The notes: generated from the letters alone by a model not told the origin. A stretch of 64,000 nucleotides of DNA from Bacteroidales bacterium UBA3630 (GCA_002373995.1 DFLB01000026.1:70127-134126); one strand, 5' to 3'. Positions 19,108 through 28,386 are shown, numbered from the stretch's first letter. Numbers and translations are program-made.

Positions 19108-20238
19108 CTACTCATTAACGACCAGAGAGACAGCCAGACGGAAGAACAGCTGCGCAGCTGGCTCGATGAGGGCGTCGGGAAATTCGTAAGATGGATGGTG
19201 GAGTTCGGGCTGATGCTCGCCGCTGCCGATACCGAACATAGCACCATTGTAGTGCAGCAAATATTCGGCAAAGTCCTCGCTCCATCGGTTGGGCTGGTCT
19301 TGAAATTGAAAATTGAGAATTGAGAATTGAGAATTATCCTGCGGGGTGGGTGCTTCGCAGGCTTTCCTTATCTCCTCCACGCAGTCGGGAGTGTTCTCGG
19401 TGGCGTGGAAGGGTTCCTGGAGCATGCGGGAGACCTTGAGGCCGTGGCGGGTGGCGATTTCGTCGACGGCGGCGTTGGCGTCGGCGAGGAGGCGCTGCAT
19501 GACGTCGTTGGTAAAGGCGCGGAGGGTGAACATCACATCGGCATGGCCGGCCGAGGTGCCGAAAGCGGGCTCTCCCACCCTCACACAGATGAGTGTGGAC
19601 TGACGGAATGGGCCAGGTTGCCCGTTAAAGGCATTGAACCTGCCGATTATCTCACTGACTGCCAGGCCGGGGTTGAGTCCCAGCTCAGGTGTAGAGGCAT
19701 GGGTTTCGCGGCCGTCGAGGTGGTAGATGACACCTGTGGAGGCAGCGGCGAAAGTATTCGGACAAAGGACAACGGTGCCCAACGGGTAGCCGGGGAGGTT
19801 GTGCAGGCCGTAGAAGCGCACAATATTGTACTGCTGGAGGATGCCGCTGTCGAGCACAGCTTGCGAACCGGTGCCGGTCTCTTCGGCCGGCTGCCAAAGA
19901 AGGAGAATGTTGTGAGAGTTTTTGCGTGTTGCAACAGTGTTGCAACATACATGACCATCGACGAGTTCGGCGAGGCGGAGGAGGATGGTGGTGTGACCGT
20001 CGTGACCACAACGGTGGCCGATGGGGAGGGCGTCAGTGTCGGCGCGGAAAGCGACGGTGGGAGCCTGCGGGTCTTTGCCCCAGACAGCGATGACGCCATA
20101 GCCCCCCACATGAGTGTAGACTTTGTCGGGGTGGAGCTGCTGGAGGTGACGGATGATAGTGTTATGGGCAAAGCGCTCGTTGCCGGCGGTCTGCGGGTGC
20201 TCGTGGAGCTGGTGGCGTATCTCTTTATAATCAATCAT
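19108..20238 (-). CDS. M20-family amidohydrolase (aminoacylase/HipO-like)
   Basis: 376-aa ORF. Motifs HEHPQTAGNE, AFRADTDALPI and HRCGHDGH. Confidence 0.85.
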   Translation of the reverse strand: MIDYKEIRHQLHEHPQTAGNERFAHNTIIRHLQQLHPDKVYTHVGGYGVIAVWGKDPQAPTVAFRADTDALPIGHRCGHDGHTTILLRLAELVDGHVCCNTVATRKNSHNILLLWQPAEETGTGSQAVLDSGILQQYNIVRFYGLHNLPGYPLGTVVLCPNTFAAASTGVIYHLDGRETHASTPELGLNPGLAVSEIIGRFNAFNGQPGPFRQSTLICVRVGEPAFGTSAGHADVMFTLRAFTNDVMQRLLADANAAVDEIATRHGLKVSRMLQEPFHATENTPDCVEEIRKACEAPTPQDNSQFSILNFQFQDQPNRWSEDFAEYLLHYNGAMFGIGSGEHQPELHHPSYEFPDALIEPAAQLFFRLAVSLVVNE

Positions 20239-20246
20239 AATGTTTT

Positions 20247-20678
20247 CTCAATCAGATCTTATAATCTCATACTTTCAATCAGATTTTAAAAGATTATTTT
20301 TTCTCAATCAGAACGAAAAGAACTTGAAGATTATTGTTTTTTTCAATCAGATTTTAAAAGATTTTTCTTTTTTTTTCTCAATCAGAATGAAAAGAATTTA
20401 GAAAATATTGTTCAATCAGATTTTAAAAGATTTTAAAAGATTTTTCTTTTTTTTCTCAATCAGAATGAAAAGAATTTAGAAAATATTGTTCAATCAGATT
20501 TTAAAAGATTTTAAAAGATTATTTTTTTTCTCAATCAGAATGAAAAGAACTTAAAGAATATGTTCATTTTTCAATCAAATTTTAAAGGATTTTTCAATCA
20601 GATTGTAAAAGATTGTAAAAGAGACAAAATGGCGGATGCAGGGAACGGTTCTTTTCAAATCTTTTACAATCTGATTGA
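20247..20678. repeat. AT-rich complex tandem repeat (units of about 75-78 bp) ending in a perfect 21-bp inverted repeat
   Basis: Near-identical units start at 20377, 20455 and 20530, with degenerate copies on both sides. TCAATCAGATTGTAAAAGATT at 20594-20614 is the exact reverse complement of 20658-20678. Confidence 0.85.
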
Positions 20679-20681
20679 GTC

Positions 20682-22019
20682 TTATTTTTTGAGCTTTAAA
20701 ATCTGTTCACGGTAGAAGTCGCCGCGGTGCTCGAAATTGCGGAAAGCATCGTAGCTGGCGGCGGCGGGGGAAAGGAGGACTACCCCACCCTGCGGGGTGT
20801 GGGAGGCGCACCAGGGGACAATCTTGGTGTAGTCGTTCTCGACGATATAAGTTGGCAGTTGGCAGTTGGCAGTTGACAGTATTCTGCGGCCGGCGGCACC
20901 GACGAAGACAAGGTTAGGGACGGGATGCTCCTGCAGGAAGTCGACGAGGGGGGTGTAGTCGATGCCGCGGTCGAAGCCGCCGAGGATAAGTGTGTCGACA
21001 CGACCAAGGGCGCGCACAGCAGCGATGGCGGCGGCAGGAATGGTGGAGATGCTGTCGTCGTACCAGGTGATGCCCTGCACCTCGCCGATGCACTCCAAGC
21101 GATGGCGAAGGCCATGGAAAGTTGAAAGTTGAAAGTTGAAAGTTGAAAGTGGCTGACGCGTAACCAGACTTGCCACACGGCAGGCCACGAGGGCGTTGCT
21201 GCGGTTGTGGTCGCCCTCCAGAGGGCAGGCGTCGAGGAGTTGCCGCTCTTCGTCGGTGATGTCGTGGAGGCTATAGGGGTGGAGGGAGGAGTGTGGATGA
21301 GTGGGAGGATAATAGTGGATGTGCGCCGCAAGCGGTGCATCACAGGACAAAGCGGCATTGGTGACAGAGTGGGCAACGAGGTCGCGAAGCTCGGCGTTGT
21401 CGGTGCAGTAGAAGAAGTGGTCGCCTTCGCGCTGGCGGAGAGCTATCTGGAACTTAGCCATCTTGTAGCCGAGGTAGTTCTCGTAGTGGTCGAGATGCTC
21501 TTGGAAAAGATTGAGCAGTACGGCGATATGCGGGGCGCGGCGGATGTTCTCAAGTTGGTGGCAGCTGAGTTCGGCCACAACGAGGCTGTCTTCACGAAGC
21601 TCGTCGAGAATATCGAAGAGGGGGATGCCTATATTGCCGGCGAGGATGGAGCCGGGCAGCAGGTGATGGATGAGGGAAGCGGTGGTAGACTTGCCTTTAG
21701 TGCCGGTGACGCCGATAGTGAGGTCGCCATAGACCTGCAGGAAGAGGTCGGTGAGGGAAGAAAGTTGGTAGTTGGCAGTTGGCAATTGAAAGTTAGGGAT
21801 GCCGGGGGACTTGATGACAAGGTCGAAGGGCCAGTCGGTATGCCATTGGTCGTCAGGGGATTTCCAGCGGCCGTCAACGACTTGGGTAGCGATGGTGTAA
21901 TGAGCCTCGGGCATGAGGCGTTGTATCAGGCGCTCGGCGCTTTGGCCTTCGCGACCGTAGCCAGCAATCAATATGCGACGGTCGAGGAGAAGGGCTTTCA
22001 GTTGATCTTCTCTGTACAT
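20682..22019 (-). CDS. MurD-like UDP-N-acetylmuramoyl-L-alanine--glutamate ligase (possible MurD2 type)
   Basis: Start set at [11 protein letters not shown]. Rossmann motif ILIAGYGREGQS and Mur-ligase P-loop VTGTKGKSTT. The longer 507-aa reading overlaps the upstream gene. Confidence 0.8.
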   Translation of the reverse strand: MYREDQLKALLLDRRILIAGYGREGQSAERLIQRLMPEAHYTIATQVVDGRWKSPDDQWHTDWPFDLVIKSPGIPNFQLPTANYQLSSLTDLFLQVYGDLTIGVTGTKGKSTTASLIHHLLPGSILAGNIGIPLFDILDELREDSLVVAELSCHQLENIRRAPHIAVLLNLFQEHLDHYENYLGYKMAKFQIALRQREGDHFFYCTDNAELRDLVAHSVTNAALSCDAPLAAHIHYYPPTHPHSSLHPYSLHDITDEERQLLDACPLEGDHNRSNALVACRVASLVTRQPLSTFNFQLSTFHGLRHRLECIGEVQGITWYDDSISTIPAAAIAAVRALGRVDTLILGGFDRGIDYTPLVDFLQEHPVPNLVFVGAAGRRILSTANCQLPTYIVENDYTKIVPWCASHTPQGGVVLLSPAAASYDAFRNFEHRGDFYREQILKLKK

Positions 22020-23536
22020 GCAACTTGAAGTATTTGGCGTTCTTCGGGGGTGAGGTTGCCGATGGGAGACAGAATGGATAGCGAGGATAGAGGGGATAGC
22101 GGGGATAGTTGTATTGATTGCAATAGATTGGGTTTCTTTTCTTTGTACCAGCGTTGGACGGCCATCTGGAGGGCTTGGCGCACCTCGCTGACGGTGCCGA
22201 CGCACTCGAAGGGTTTGGTCTCGGCCAGCCCGAGGAGCTGGCGGAACTCAAGTTCGAGGGAAGTGTCGTCGAGCATCGATTTGCCGAAGATGGCGTTGAG
22301 GCGGTCAGGAGCTATGAAGGGAGAAAGAATGATGTAGGCGAAGAGGCATTTGGCGCAATGGCCGCACCAGATGTCCTGCTTGCTGCCGACGTTGCAGGAG
22401 CGGAAGACGTCGTGGTAGGCCGAGAAGCGGCTAAAGAGCATGGCTATCTGCAACTCGCTCAGCGGGCGGAGAAAGGAGAAGTAGTTGTAAGTGGGCAGTT
22501 GGCAGTTGGCAGTTGGCAGTGGGTAGTTGGCAGTGGGCAGTTGGTAGTTGGCAGTGGGCAGTTGGTAGTTGGCAGTGGGCAGTGGGCAGTGGGCAGTGGG
22601 CAGTTGGTAGTTGGCAGTGGGCAGTGGGTAGTGGGCGACATAGCTGCGGAAGTCGTCTTCGAACTCAAGGCTTTTGCTGTATTGGTGGTTGACGCTGGTG
22701 CCGAGGACAGTGCTCTCGTTAGCGGAGTTCTCATTGCTGAGAGCCACATTGGGGATGCCGCTGATGACGGCTGCCAGATGGGTGTAGAAAGCCAACATTG
22801 CGCTGAAAGGCGTGTGGCCATTGAGATAACGGTGAACGGTCGCTCCTGTTTGGTCGCGTTCAGTTTCACTGTTGAGATCGAGGAGAGTCTTGTCAATGGT
22901 GCGGCGGATGACAAGGACTTCATCTATTGGAAATCCAGCCACGCGAGCGCACTCGATGGTGGCTCCGCGGGGGTTCATGATCAGAGGACGGATAGATTTG
23001 CCCGCCCGACGCAGCAGTTCAAGTGTGACGACGCTGTCCTTGCCCCCTCCGATGGGGACGAGGTAGAGGTCGGAGGTATGAGGTATGAGGTCAGAGGTTT
23101 TCTTTGGTTTAGAGTTTTCGGTTCTGTTCTCCGACTTCATACATCCAACCTGCATAAAGGCCTCGGCCGACTCGCTGATGCCGTTGGTGTAGAAGAACTC
23201 GCCGAGGCCGTGCCAGTAGAGTTTGCGCCAGAAGGAGATCTGATTGTCGGTCAGGCTGCCGCAGTGAATTCGAACAGTGGGCGGGCAGGCGCATTTCCAG
23301 TAGCTTATCAGTTCAATCATGCCGATATTGAACACCAGGAGTTCGAGGTTGCCTGCAGAGAAGTCGAGGAAAGGGCGGCGTTCGATGAGGGCTGTGGGGT
23401 GGAACTCCACTGGGCCCATGCGGAAGTCGAAGCGCAGGTGCAGGCCGTCGGGTTCCACGTGCCAGTGGTAGTCCTCATAGTCGAAAAACGGGTACTGTGC
23501 CCGCAACTGATTGTATTTGCTCATCATGACGATCAA
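21998..23536 (-). CDS. PP-loop (adenine nucleotide alpha-hydrolase-like) protein, candidate MurL-type UDP-MurNAc-L-Ala-L-Glu epimerase
   Basis: 512-aa ORF. PP-loop-like [12 protein letters not shown] and C-terminal CGHCAKC. Overlaps the start of the MurD-like gene by 22 nt. Contains three in-frame short-period repeat arrays. Confidence 0.55.
   Translation of the reverse strand: MIVMMSKYNQLRAQYPFFDYEDYHWHVEPDGLHLRFDFRMGPVEFHPTALIERRPFLDFSAGNLELLVFNIGMIELISYWKCACPPTVRIHCGSLTDNQISFWRKLYWHGLGEFFYTNGISESAEAFMQVGCMKSENRTENSKPKKTSDLIPHTSDLYLVPIGGGKDSVVTLELLRRAGKSIRPLIMNPRGATIECARVAGFPIDEVLVIRRTIDKTLLDLNSETERDQTGATVHRYLNGHTPFSAMLAFYTHLAAVISGIPNVALSNENSANESTVLGTSVNHQYSKSLEFEDDFRSYVAHYPLPTANYQLPTAHCPLPTANYQLPTANYQLPTANYPLPTANCQLPTYNYFSFLRPLSELQIAMLFSRFSAYHDVFRSCNVGSKQDIWCGHCAKCLFAYIILSPFIAPDRLNAIFGKSMLDDTSLELEFRQLLGLAETKPFECVGTVSEVRQALQMAVQRWYKEKKPNLLQSIQLSPLSPLSSLSILSPIGNLTPEERQILQVACTEKIN
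22484..22637. repeat. Heptanucleotide microsatellite, about 22 units of GTKGGYA
   Basis: Counted unit by unit on the plus strand. On the minus strand it is translated as (PTANYQL)n. Confidence 0.95.
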
Positions 23537-23543
23537 GCCATTA

Positions 23544-24503
23544 TTACCGTGTGCGGCGGCGGAAGTAGATAATCAAGAGTGTGGTCAGGATGACCATAGT
23601 AAGGAGGATGCACCAGAAGGCGGTGTGCCCCATCTTGAAGGGGAAGTCGACGTTCATGCCGAAGAAGCCGGTGACCACTGTCAGGGGGAGCATGATGGTG
23701 GAGAAGTAGGTGAGCACGCGCATGATTTGGTTAGTGCGGTTGGTCAGCAGGGAGTCGAAAGTCTGCGAGAGGCCTTCGATCAACTCGCCGTAGTCTTCGA
23801 TTGAGTCGAACATTTTCTGGTACTGGTCGAGGATGTTGCCCCAGTAGTCTTCCATGTCAATCAGTTCAGGATCGACAAAACCGCGGATGCCGCCGCTTTC
23901 GAACATGTGCAGCACGCGGAGTTGGGGTTTGAAGGTGGTGTTGAGCATGATGATGTTGCGGCGGGTGACGGAGATTTGCTCGATGATGTTGCGGGCGCGG
24001 CGGTTGAAGATGTCGTAGTTGATGAGGTCTACTTCGGCGCCGATGCGTTGCACGAGGGTGTTGGTTTCGAGCATGAGGCGGTTGAGGATGTGGTAGAGCA
24101 GCTGGTCGCTGGTGGCCATCATGCGCTGGGTGTCTTCGTCGCCGTCGGCGAGGTCTTCCTGGATTTCGTCGAAGAATTTTTTGACCACCCAGTGGGCTTT
24201 GCCGACGGTGATGATATAGTCGCGTCCCCAGAATAGTTTTACTTCGCGGATGCGGACGTTTTTGTTGTCCTTGTCGAAATAGGGGAAATGCAGGATGAGG
24301 AAGAAGTAGTCGTCGTACTCGTCTATTTTGGGACGCTGGTTTGTGCCACGGCAGTCCTCGATGTCCAAGGGGTGGAAATGATAGTCGTCTAAAAGCAGAC
24401 GGTAGTCATCTTCGCTGGGGTTGGTTATATCCAGCCATTCGATTTGGCGGCCTGCAGCCACGCCATCACCGTTCAGCGGCTGATACTGGATTCTTTCTAT
24501 CAT
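23544..24503 (-). CDS. corA: CorA-family magnesium/cobalt transporter
   Basis: C-terminal TM pair with the signature YFSTIMLPLTVVTGFFGMNV. Confidence 0.9.
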   Translation of the reverse strand: MIERIQYQPLNGDGVAAGRQIEWLDITNPSEDDYRLLLDDYHFHPLDIEDCRGTNQRPKIDEYDDYFFLILHFPYFDKDNKNVRIREVKLFWGRDYIITVGKAHWVVKKFFDEIQEDLADGDEDTQRMMATSDQLLYHILNRLMLETNTLVQRIGAEVDLINYDIFNRRARNIIEQISVTRRNIIMLNTTFKPQLRVLHMFESGGIRGFVDPELIDMEDYWGNILDQYQKMFDSIEDYGELIEGLSQTFDSLLTNRTNQIMRVLTYFSTIMLPLTVVTGFFGMNVDFPFKMGHTAFWCILLTMVILTTLLIIYFRRRTR

Positions 24504-24581
24504 GACAAACCTCCTTTTTTACGTGAGAACTATGTGGTTTACAGTGGTCTACATTCGAGTATGGGTATTTAAATCCGTCTG

Positions 24582-24589
24582 CAAAGATA
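24582..24589 (-). promoter_or_regulatory. -7 box TATCTTTG (minus strand) for corA
   Basis: The plus strand reads CAAAGATA, about 80 nt upstream of the corA start. Confidence 0.45.
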
Positions 24590-24691
24590 CATAAAAATTT
24601 GGAATTCGGGAAGCGAAAGATGAAAAAGGGTATATTTTGCGTTATGGATTTGGGATTTTTGCGGATATGGTTTCGTGTTTTTTTCATACCA

Positions 24692-24760
24692 ATATGCAGA
24701 GGATATGCAGAGGATATGCCTTGGTTGCGCAGAGGATGTGCTTTGGTTGAGGTGTAAGAT
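24692..24760. repeat. 11-bp phased tandem repeat (ATATGCAGAGG and variants)
   Basis: Six consecutive 11-mers were read directly. The array lies about 100-150 bp upstream of the promoter at 24851. Confidence 0.75.
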
Positions 24761-24850
24761 ATGTGGTTTTCAGGGATATAGATGGCAATATAGGGTGGAG
24801 AGGGTTGTATAATATTTATTGTGTGATATTCATTATTCACTATTTTTTTG

Positions 24851-24858
24851 TATATTTG
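24851..24858 (+). promoter_or_regulatory. -7 box TATATTTG
   Basis: Lies 43 nt upstream of the ATG at 24901. Confidence 0.5.
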
Positions 24859-24900
24859 CAGCGTGAAATTTGGATCAACAACAATTAATAACAATTCATT

Positions 24901-25344
24901 ATGAAACGTTTAGGACTTTTGATGATGTGCGTCGCCGCGCTGGCGATGACTTCGTGCAGTTTGTTTAACGCGGCTGCGAGCAGTAATGCTGTGGCCCAGG
25001 CTTCGGGACAGACGTGCGGCACTGCCGTGCAGGGTTTGTACAGCAGCTACCAGAAGACCGGCACCGTCAATCTGGCGGATGCCACGAACCTCAACAATGC
25101 GCTTGCGGTGGCTTCGGCCTACACGAACCTGAAGCAGAACAAGGACAACAAGGCTTACCGTCAGTCGTTTACCAACGGGCTGATTGCTTCGTCGGCGGGA
25201 CTGATTACGTCGGCCAACGCTACGGCTTTTGTCGACCAGTTGCTTGCTTCGTCGGGTTTGGCGAACGTCAATTCGCAGACCATCACGCAGACGGCGACGA
25301 CGGCGATGGCTATCATGACCATTCTCAACACGCTGAAGCAGTGA
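24901..25344 (+). CDS. Hypothetical lipoprotein (Ala/Ser/Thr-rich)
   Basis: Lipobox LAMTSC. 147 aa. Its stop overlaps the next start (ATGA). Confidence 0.55.
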   Translation: MKRLGLLMMCVAALAMTSCSLFNAAASSNAVAQASGQTCGTAVQGLYSSYQKTGTVNLADATNLNNALAVASAYTNLKQNKDNKAYRQSFTNGLIASSAGLITSANATAFVDQLLASSGLANVNSQTITQTATTAMAIMTILNTLKQ

Positions 25345-25865
25345 TGAACACGGCAGCATTGGAGAACATGAAAACGCGGCGCAGTTGCCGCGTTTTTTCT
25401 GACCGTATGCCGGAGCGGGAGTTGGTGGAGGCCATCTGCGAGGCTGGCACATATGCTCCGACGGGTCACGGGAGACAGAGTCCGGTGATACTTGCCGTTA
25501 CCGATCGGGCGTTGCGCGACCGCTTGTCGCGGATGAATGCGGCCATTATGGGCACGGAGGGTGATCCGTTTTATGGAGCGCCGGTGGTGCTGGTGGTGGT
25601 GGCGGACCGGAGCGTGGTGACGGCGGAGTATGACGGTTGCTGCGTGATGGCCAACCTGCTGAATGCCGCCCATGCGGTGGGGCTTGATTCGTGTTGGATA
25701 CACAGGGCGAAGGAGGAGTTTGAGAGTGCAGAGGGCAAAGAGATCCTGCGAGCGGCGGGTTTGGAGGGCGACTATGTTGGCATCGGGCACTGCATCGTAG
25801 GCTACGGGATGCAGAAGCCCACTCCCGCACGTCCACGCAAGGCGGACTACGTCAGGTGGATGTGA
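25344..25865 (+). CDS. Nitroreductase-family protein
   Basis: Start at MNTAALENMKTRRSCRVF, which contains the typical RRS.R motif. Also APTGHGRQS and a conserved C-terminal region. Confidence 0.8.
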   Translation: MNTAALENMKTRRSCRVFSDRMPERELVEAICEAGTYAPTGHGRQSPVILAVTDRALRDRLSRMNAAIMGTEGDPFYGAPVVLVVVADRSVVTAEYDGCCVMANLLNAAHAVGLDSCWIHRAKEEFESAEGKEILRAAGLEGDYVGIGHCIVGYGMQKPTPARPRKADYVRWM

Positions 25866-25902
25866 GGGGCAGTTGACAGTTGACAGTTGGCAGTCTGGTC
25901 TG

Positions 25903-26613
25903 TTATGCCATGTTGTGGAAGACGTTGACGACGTCGTCGTCGTTTTCGAGGCGCTCGATGAGTGCGTTGACGTCTTCTTGTTCTTCGGGCGATAGCTCGC
26001 GCAGGGTGAGGGGAATACGCTCAAACTTGAAGCTCTTGATTTCAAGACCTTTGTCTTCGAGGTATTTGCTGATGGGGCCGTAGTTGGCGAAGTCGGCATA
26101 GATCATGATTTCGTCTTCGTCGCGAAAGACTTCGTCGATGTCGCAATCGATGAGTTCAAGTTCGAGTTCGTCCATGTCGATGCTGTCCTGCCAAGCGACG
26201 ACGAAGGAGCATTTGCGCTCGAATAGGAAGTCGTTCATGCCCATGGTGCCGAGTTCGCCTTTGCCGCGGACGAATGCTGCGCGGAGGTTGGCGACGGTGC
26301 GCGTGGGGTTGTCGGTGGCGGTTTCGACAACGACAGCGATGCCGTGGGGTCCTTTGCCGTCGTAGACGACTTCTTTGTAGGCCGACCGGTCTTTCTCGGT
26401 GGCGCGTTTGATAGCGCGTTCGACGTTGTCCTTGGGCATAGACTCGCTCTTGGCGGTCTGCATGAGGAGACGGAGTCGGAGGTTGGAGGAGGGATCGGGG
26501 CCGCCGGCGAGGACGGCGAGTTCGATTTCCTTGCCGATTTTGGTAAAGGTGCGGGCCATGTGGCCCCAACGTTTGAGTTTGCGTGCTTTGCGATATTCAA
26601 ATGCTCGACCCAT
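25903..26613 (-). CDS. yebC: YebC/PmpR-family transcriptional regulator
   Basis: MGRAFEYRKARKLKRWG...MPKDNVERAIKRA. Confidence 0.9.
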   Translation of the reverse strand: MGRAFEYRKARKLKRWGHMARTFTKIGKEIELAVLAGGPDPSSNLRLRLLMQTAKSESMPKDNVERAIKRATEKDRSAYKEVVYDGKGPHGIAVVVETATDNPTRTVANLRAAFVRGKGELGTMGMNDFLFERKCSFVVAWQDSIDMDELELELIDCDIDEVFRDEDEIMIYADFANYGPISKYLEDKGLEIKSFKFERIPLTLRELSPEEQEDVNALIERLENDDDVVNVFHNMA

Positions 26614-26634
26614 AATGATAAGATATTATTGTTT

Positions 26635-28374
26635 TTAATGTTTAAGCTGGTTACGGAGGTAGGCCGTGCACTCTTCAAATGTCTTGAAGGTGTGCTCTTC
26701 GGGGATTACCTCGGGGATGACTCTCATGCGGGTGAGCATGTAGAGGGGTTGCGGCTGGATGATGGTCATCAGGACGGTAACACCACGGGCTTGGAGGTCT
26801 TTGACGGCTTCTTCCATTGCGTAGAGGCCGCTTTGGTCCATGAAGGAGACGAGTCGCATGCGGATGATGACGATTTTGGCGGTGGGTGGCACATCGGTCA
26901 TCACTTCTTTGAATTTGGTGATGGAGCCGAAGAAGATGGGGCCATTGAGTCGTTGGATGTAGATGTGCTGGCGCATTTCGTCGGTGATGCCGCCTTCATC
27001 TTCCCAGGGGAGAGATTTGTCGAAATTGGGTTGCGGGGGTGCCGGCAATCCACGCCGGAGGTCGCTGTCGGTCATTACGGCTGAGCTGTAGCCTCCTTCG
27101 ACGAGGTCGGAGGCACGCTTCATGAAGAGGACGCAGGCGATGACCATGCCGATGCCGACGGCGGTAAGGAGGTCGACAAAGACTGTGACGAAGAAGACGA
27201 CGAGGAGCACGACGGCATCGGCTCGCGGTATCTTCAGCAGGTCGCGGAAACCACGGAAGTCGATGATGCCCCAACCAACGGTGATAAGGATACCAGCCAA
27301 TACCGACAGAGGTACGTACTGGACGAGGCCGCCTAAGCCCAGAAGGATGGCCAGAAGGAGGAGGGCATGCACCATGCCGGAGAGCTGGGTGCGTCCACCG
27401 CTCTTGACATTAACGACGGTGCGCATGGTGGCACCGGCACCGGGGAGTCCGCAGAAGAGGCCGGCGATAGCGTTGCCAATGCCCTGCCCTATCAATTCAC
27501 GGTTGCTGTCGTGCTTGGTCTTAGTGATATTGTCGGCCACAACAGAGGTGAGGAGGGTATCTATAGAGCCGAGTCCAGCCAGGGTCAATCCGGGGACGAT
27601 AGCGGCCATGAGGATGGAGCCCCAATCAAGCCCAGCAAGCGATACCTTGCTGTTGGCGAAGAACGGCATAGGTATACCGGAGGGTATTTTGCCGATGACG
27701 GGCACGCCATCCATATTGATAAAGAGAGAGATAACGGTCATTACGAGGAGGGCCACCAGTGTGGATGGCACTTTTTTGGTAAGTAGGGGGAAAAGGTAGA
27801 TAATCAACACAGTACCAAGACCAAGGAGGAGAGCTGTCAGGCTGATATGGGTGCACGCCTCGGGGAGGCCCATCAGCAGAGAGAGCATGGAGCCGCTACC
27901 GCTTTGGCCCAACAGAGGGTAGATTTGTTGCAGAATGATGATGACGCCGATGCCGCTCATGAAGCCCGAAAGGACAGGATAAGGGATGTAGCGGACATAC
28001 TTGCCTATCTTGATGACACCGAAGAGGATCTGGAAAAGGCCGCAGAATATTGCCGCCAGAGCCATCGAGACCAATACGGCCGAGAAGCTGCCGCTGCCGG
28101 AGGAAGTCCATGCACCGGAGACGAGGGTGGCGGTGATGACGGTCATGGGCCCTGTGGGTCCGCTAATCTGGCTATGGGTACCGCCGAAGAGGGCTGCGAA
28201 GAAGCCCAGCAAGAGGGCACCGACGAGTCCGGCATATGCACCCATCGAGGCGGCCTCGGGGTCGTTGATGCCGCTAAAAGCTTGTATGCCAAAGGCGAGG
28301 GCCAGAGGCAGAGCGACGATACCAGCTGTGATGCCGCCGAAGATGTCGCCCTTGAGGTTGTTAAATTTTATCAT
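26635..28374 (-). CDS. SulP-family anion transporter with C-terminal STAS domain
   Basis: 579 aa. N-terminal GDIFGGITAGIVALPLALAF. STAS-like tail with IYIQRLNGPIFFGS. Confidence 0.9.
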   Translation of the reverse strand: MIKFNNLKGDIFGGITAGIVALPLALAFGIQAFSGINDPEAASMGAYAGLVGALLLGFFAALFGGTHSQISGPTGPMTVITATLVSGAWTSSGSGSFSAVLVSMALAAIFCGLFQILFGVIKIGKYVRYIPYPVLSGFMSGIGVIIILQQIYPLLGQSGSGSMLSLLMGLPEACTHISLTALLLGLGTVLIIYLFPLLTKKVPSTLVALLVMTVISLFINMDGVPVIGKIPSGIPMPFFANSKVSLAGLDWGSILMAAIVPGLTLAGLGSIDTLLTSVVADNITKTKHDSNRELIGQGIGNAIAGLFCGLPGAGATMRTVVNVKSGGRTQLSGMVHALLLLAILLGLGGLVQYVPLSVLAGILITVGWGIIDFRGFRDLLKIPRADAVVLLVVFFVTVFVDLLTAVGIGMVIACVLFMKRASDLVEGGYSSAVMTDSDLRRGLPAPPQPNFDKSLPWEDEGGITDEMRQHIYIQRLNGPIFFGSITKFKEVMTDVPPTAKIVIIRMRLVSFMDQSGLYAMEEAVKDLQARGVTVLMTIIQPQPLYMLTRMRVIPEVIPEEHTFKTFEECTAYLRNQLKH

Positions 28375-28386
28375 GGTTGCATGTAT

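Noticed and set aside
20247-20678. Possible CRISPR array, because of regularly spaced copies of TCAATCAGATTTTAAAAGATT
   Set aside because: The sequences between the copies are themselves repeated, so they are not unique spacers. The units are 75-78 bp composite repeats, the region is extremely AT-rich, and no cas genes or leader are nearby.
22020-22205. N-terminal extension making the murD-like ORF 507 aa
   Set aside because: The extension overlaps the upstream MurL-like gene and is Pro/Arg/Ser-rich with no ligase similarity. The conserved MurD N-terminus begins at MYREDQL (22019).
24466-24894. A 142-aa minus-strand ORF in the corA/lipoprotein intergenic region
   Set aside because: It spans two divergent promoters and the 11-bp repeat block, it overlaps the corA start, and its composition is atypical. 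It is most likely non-coding.
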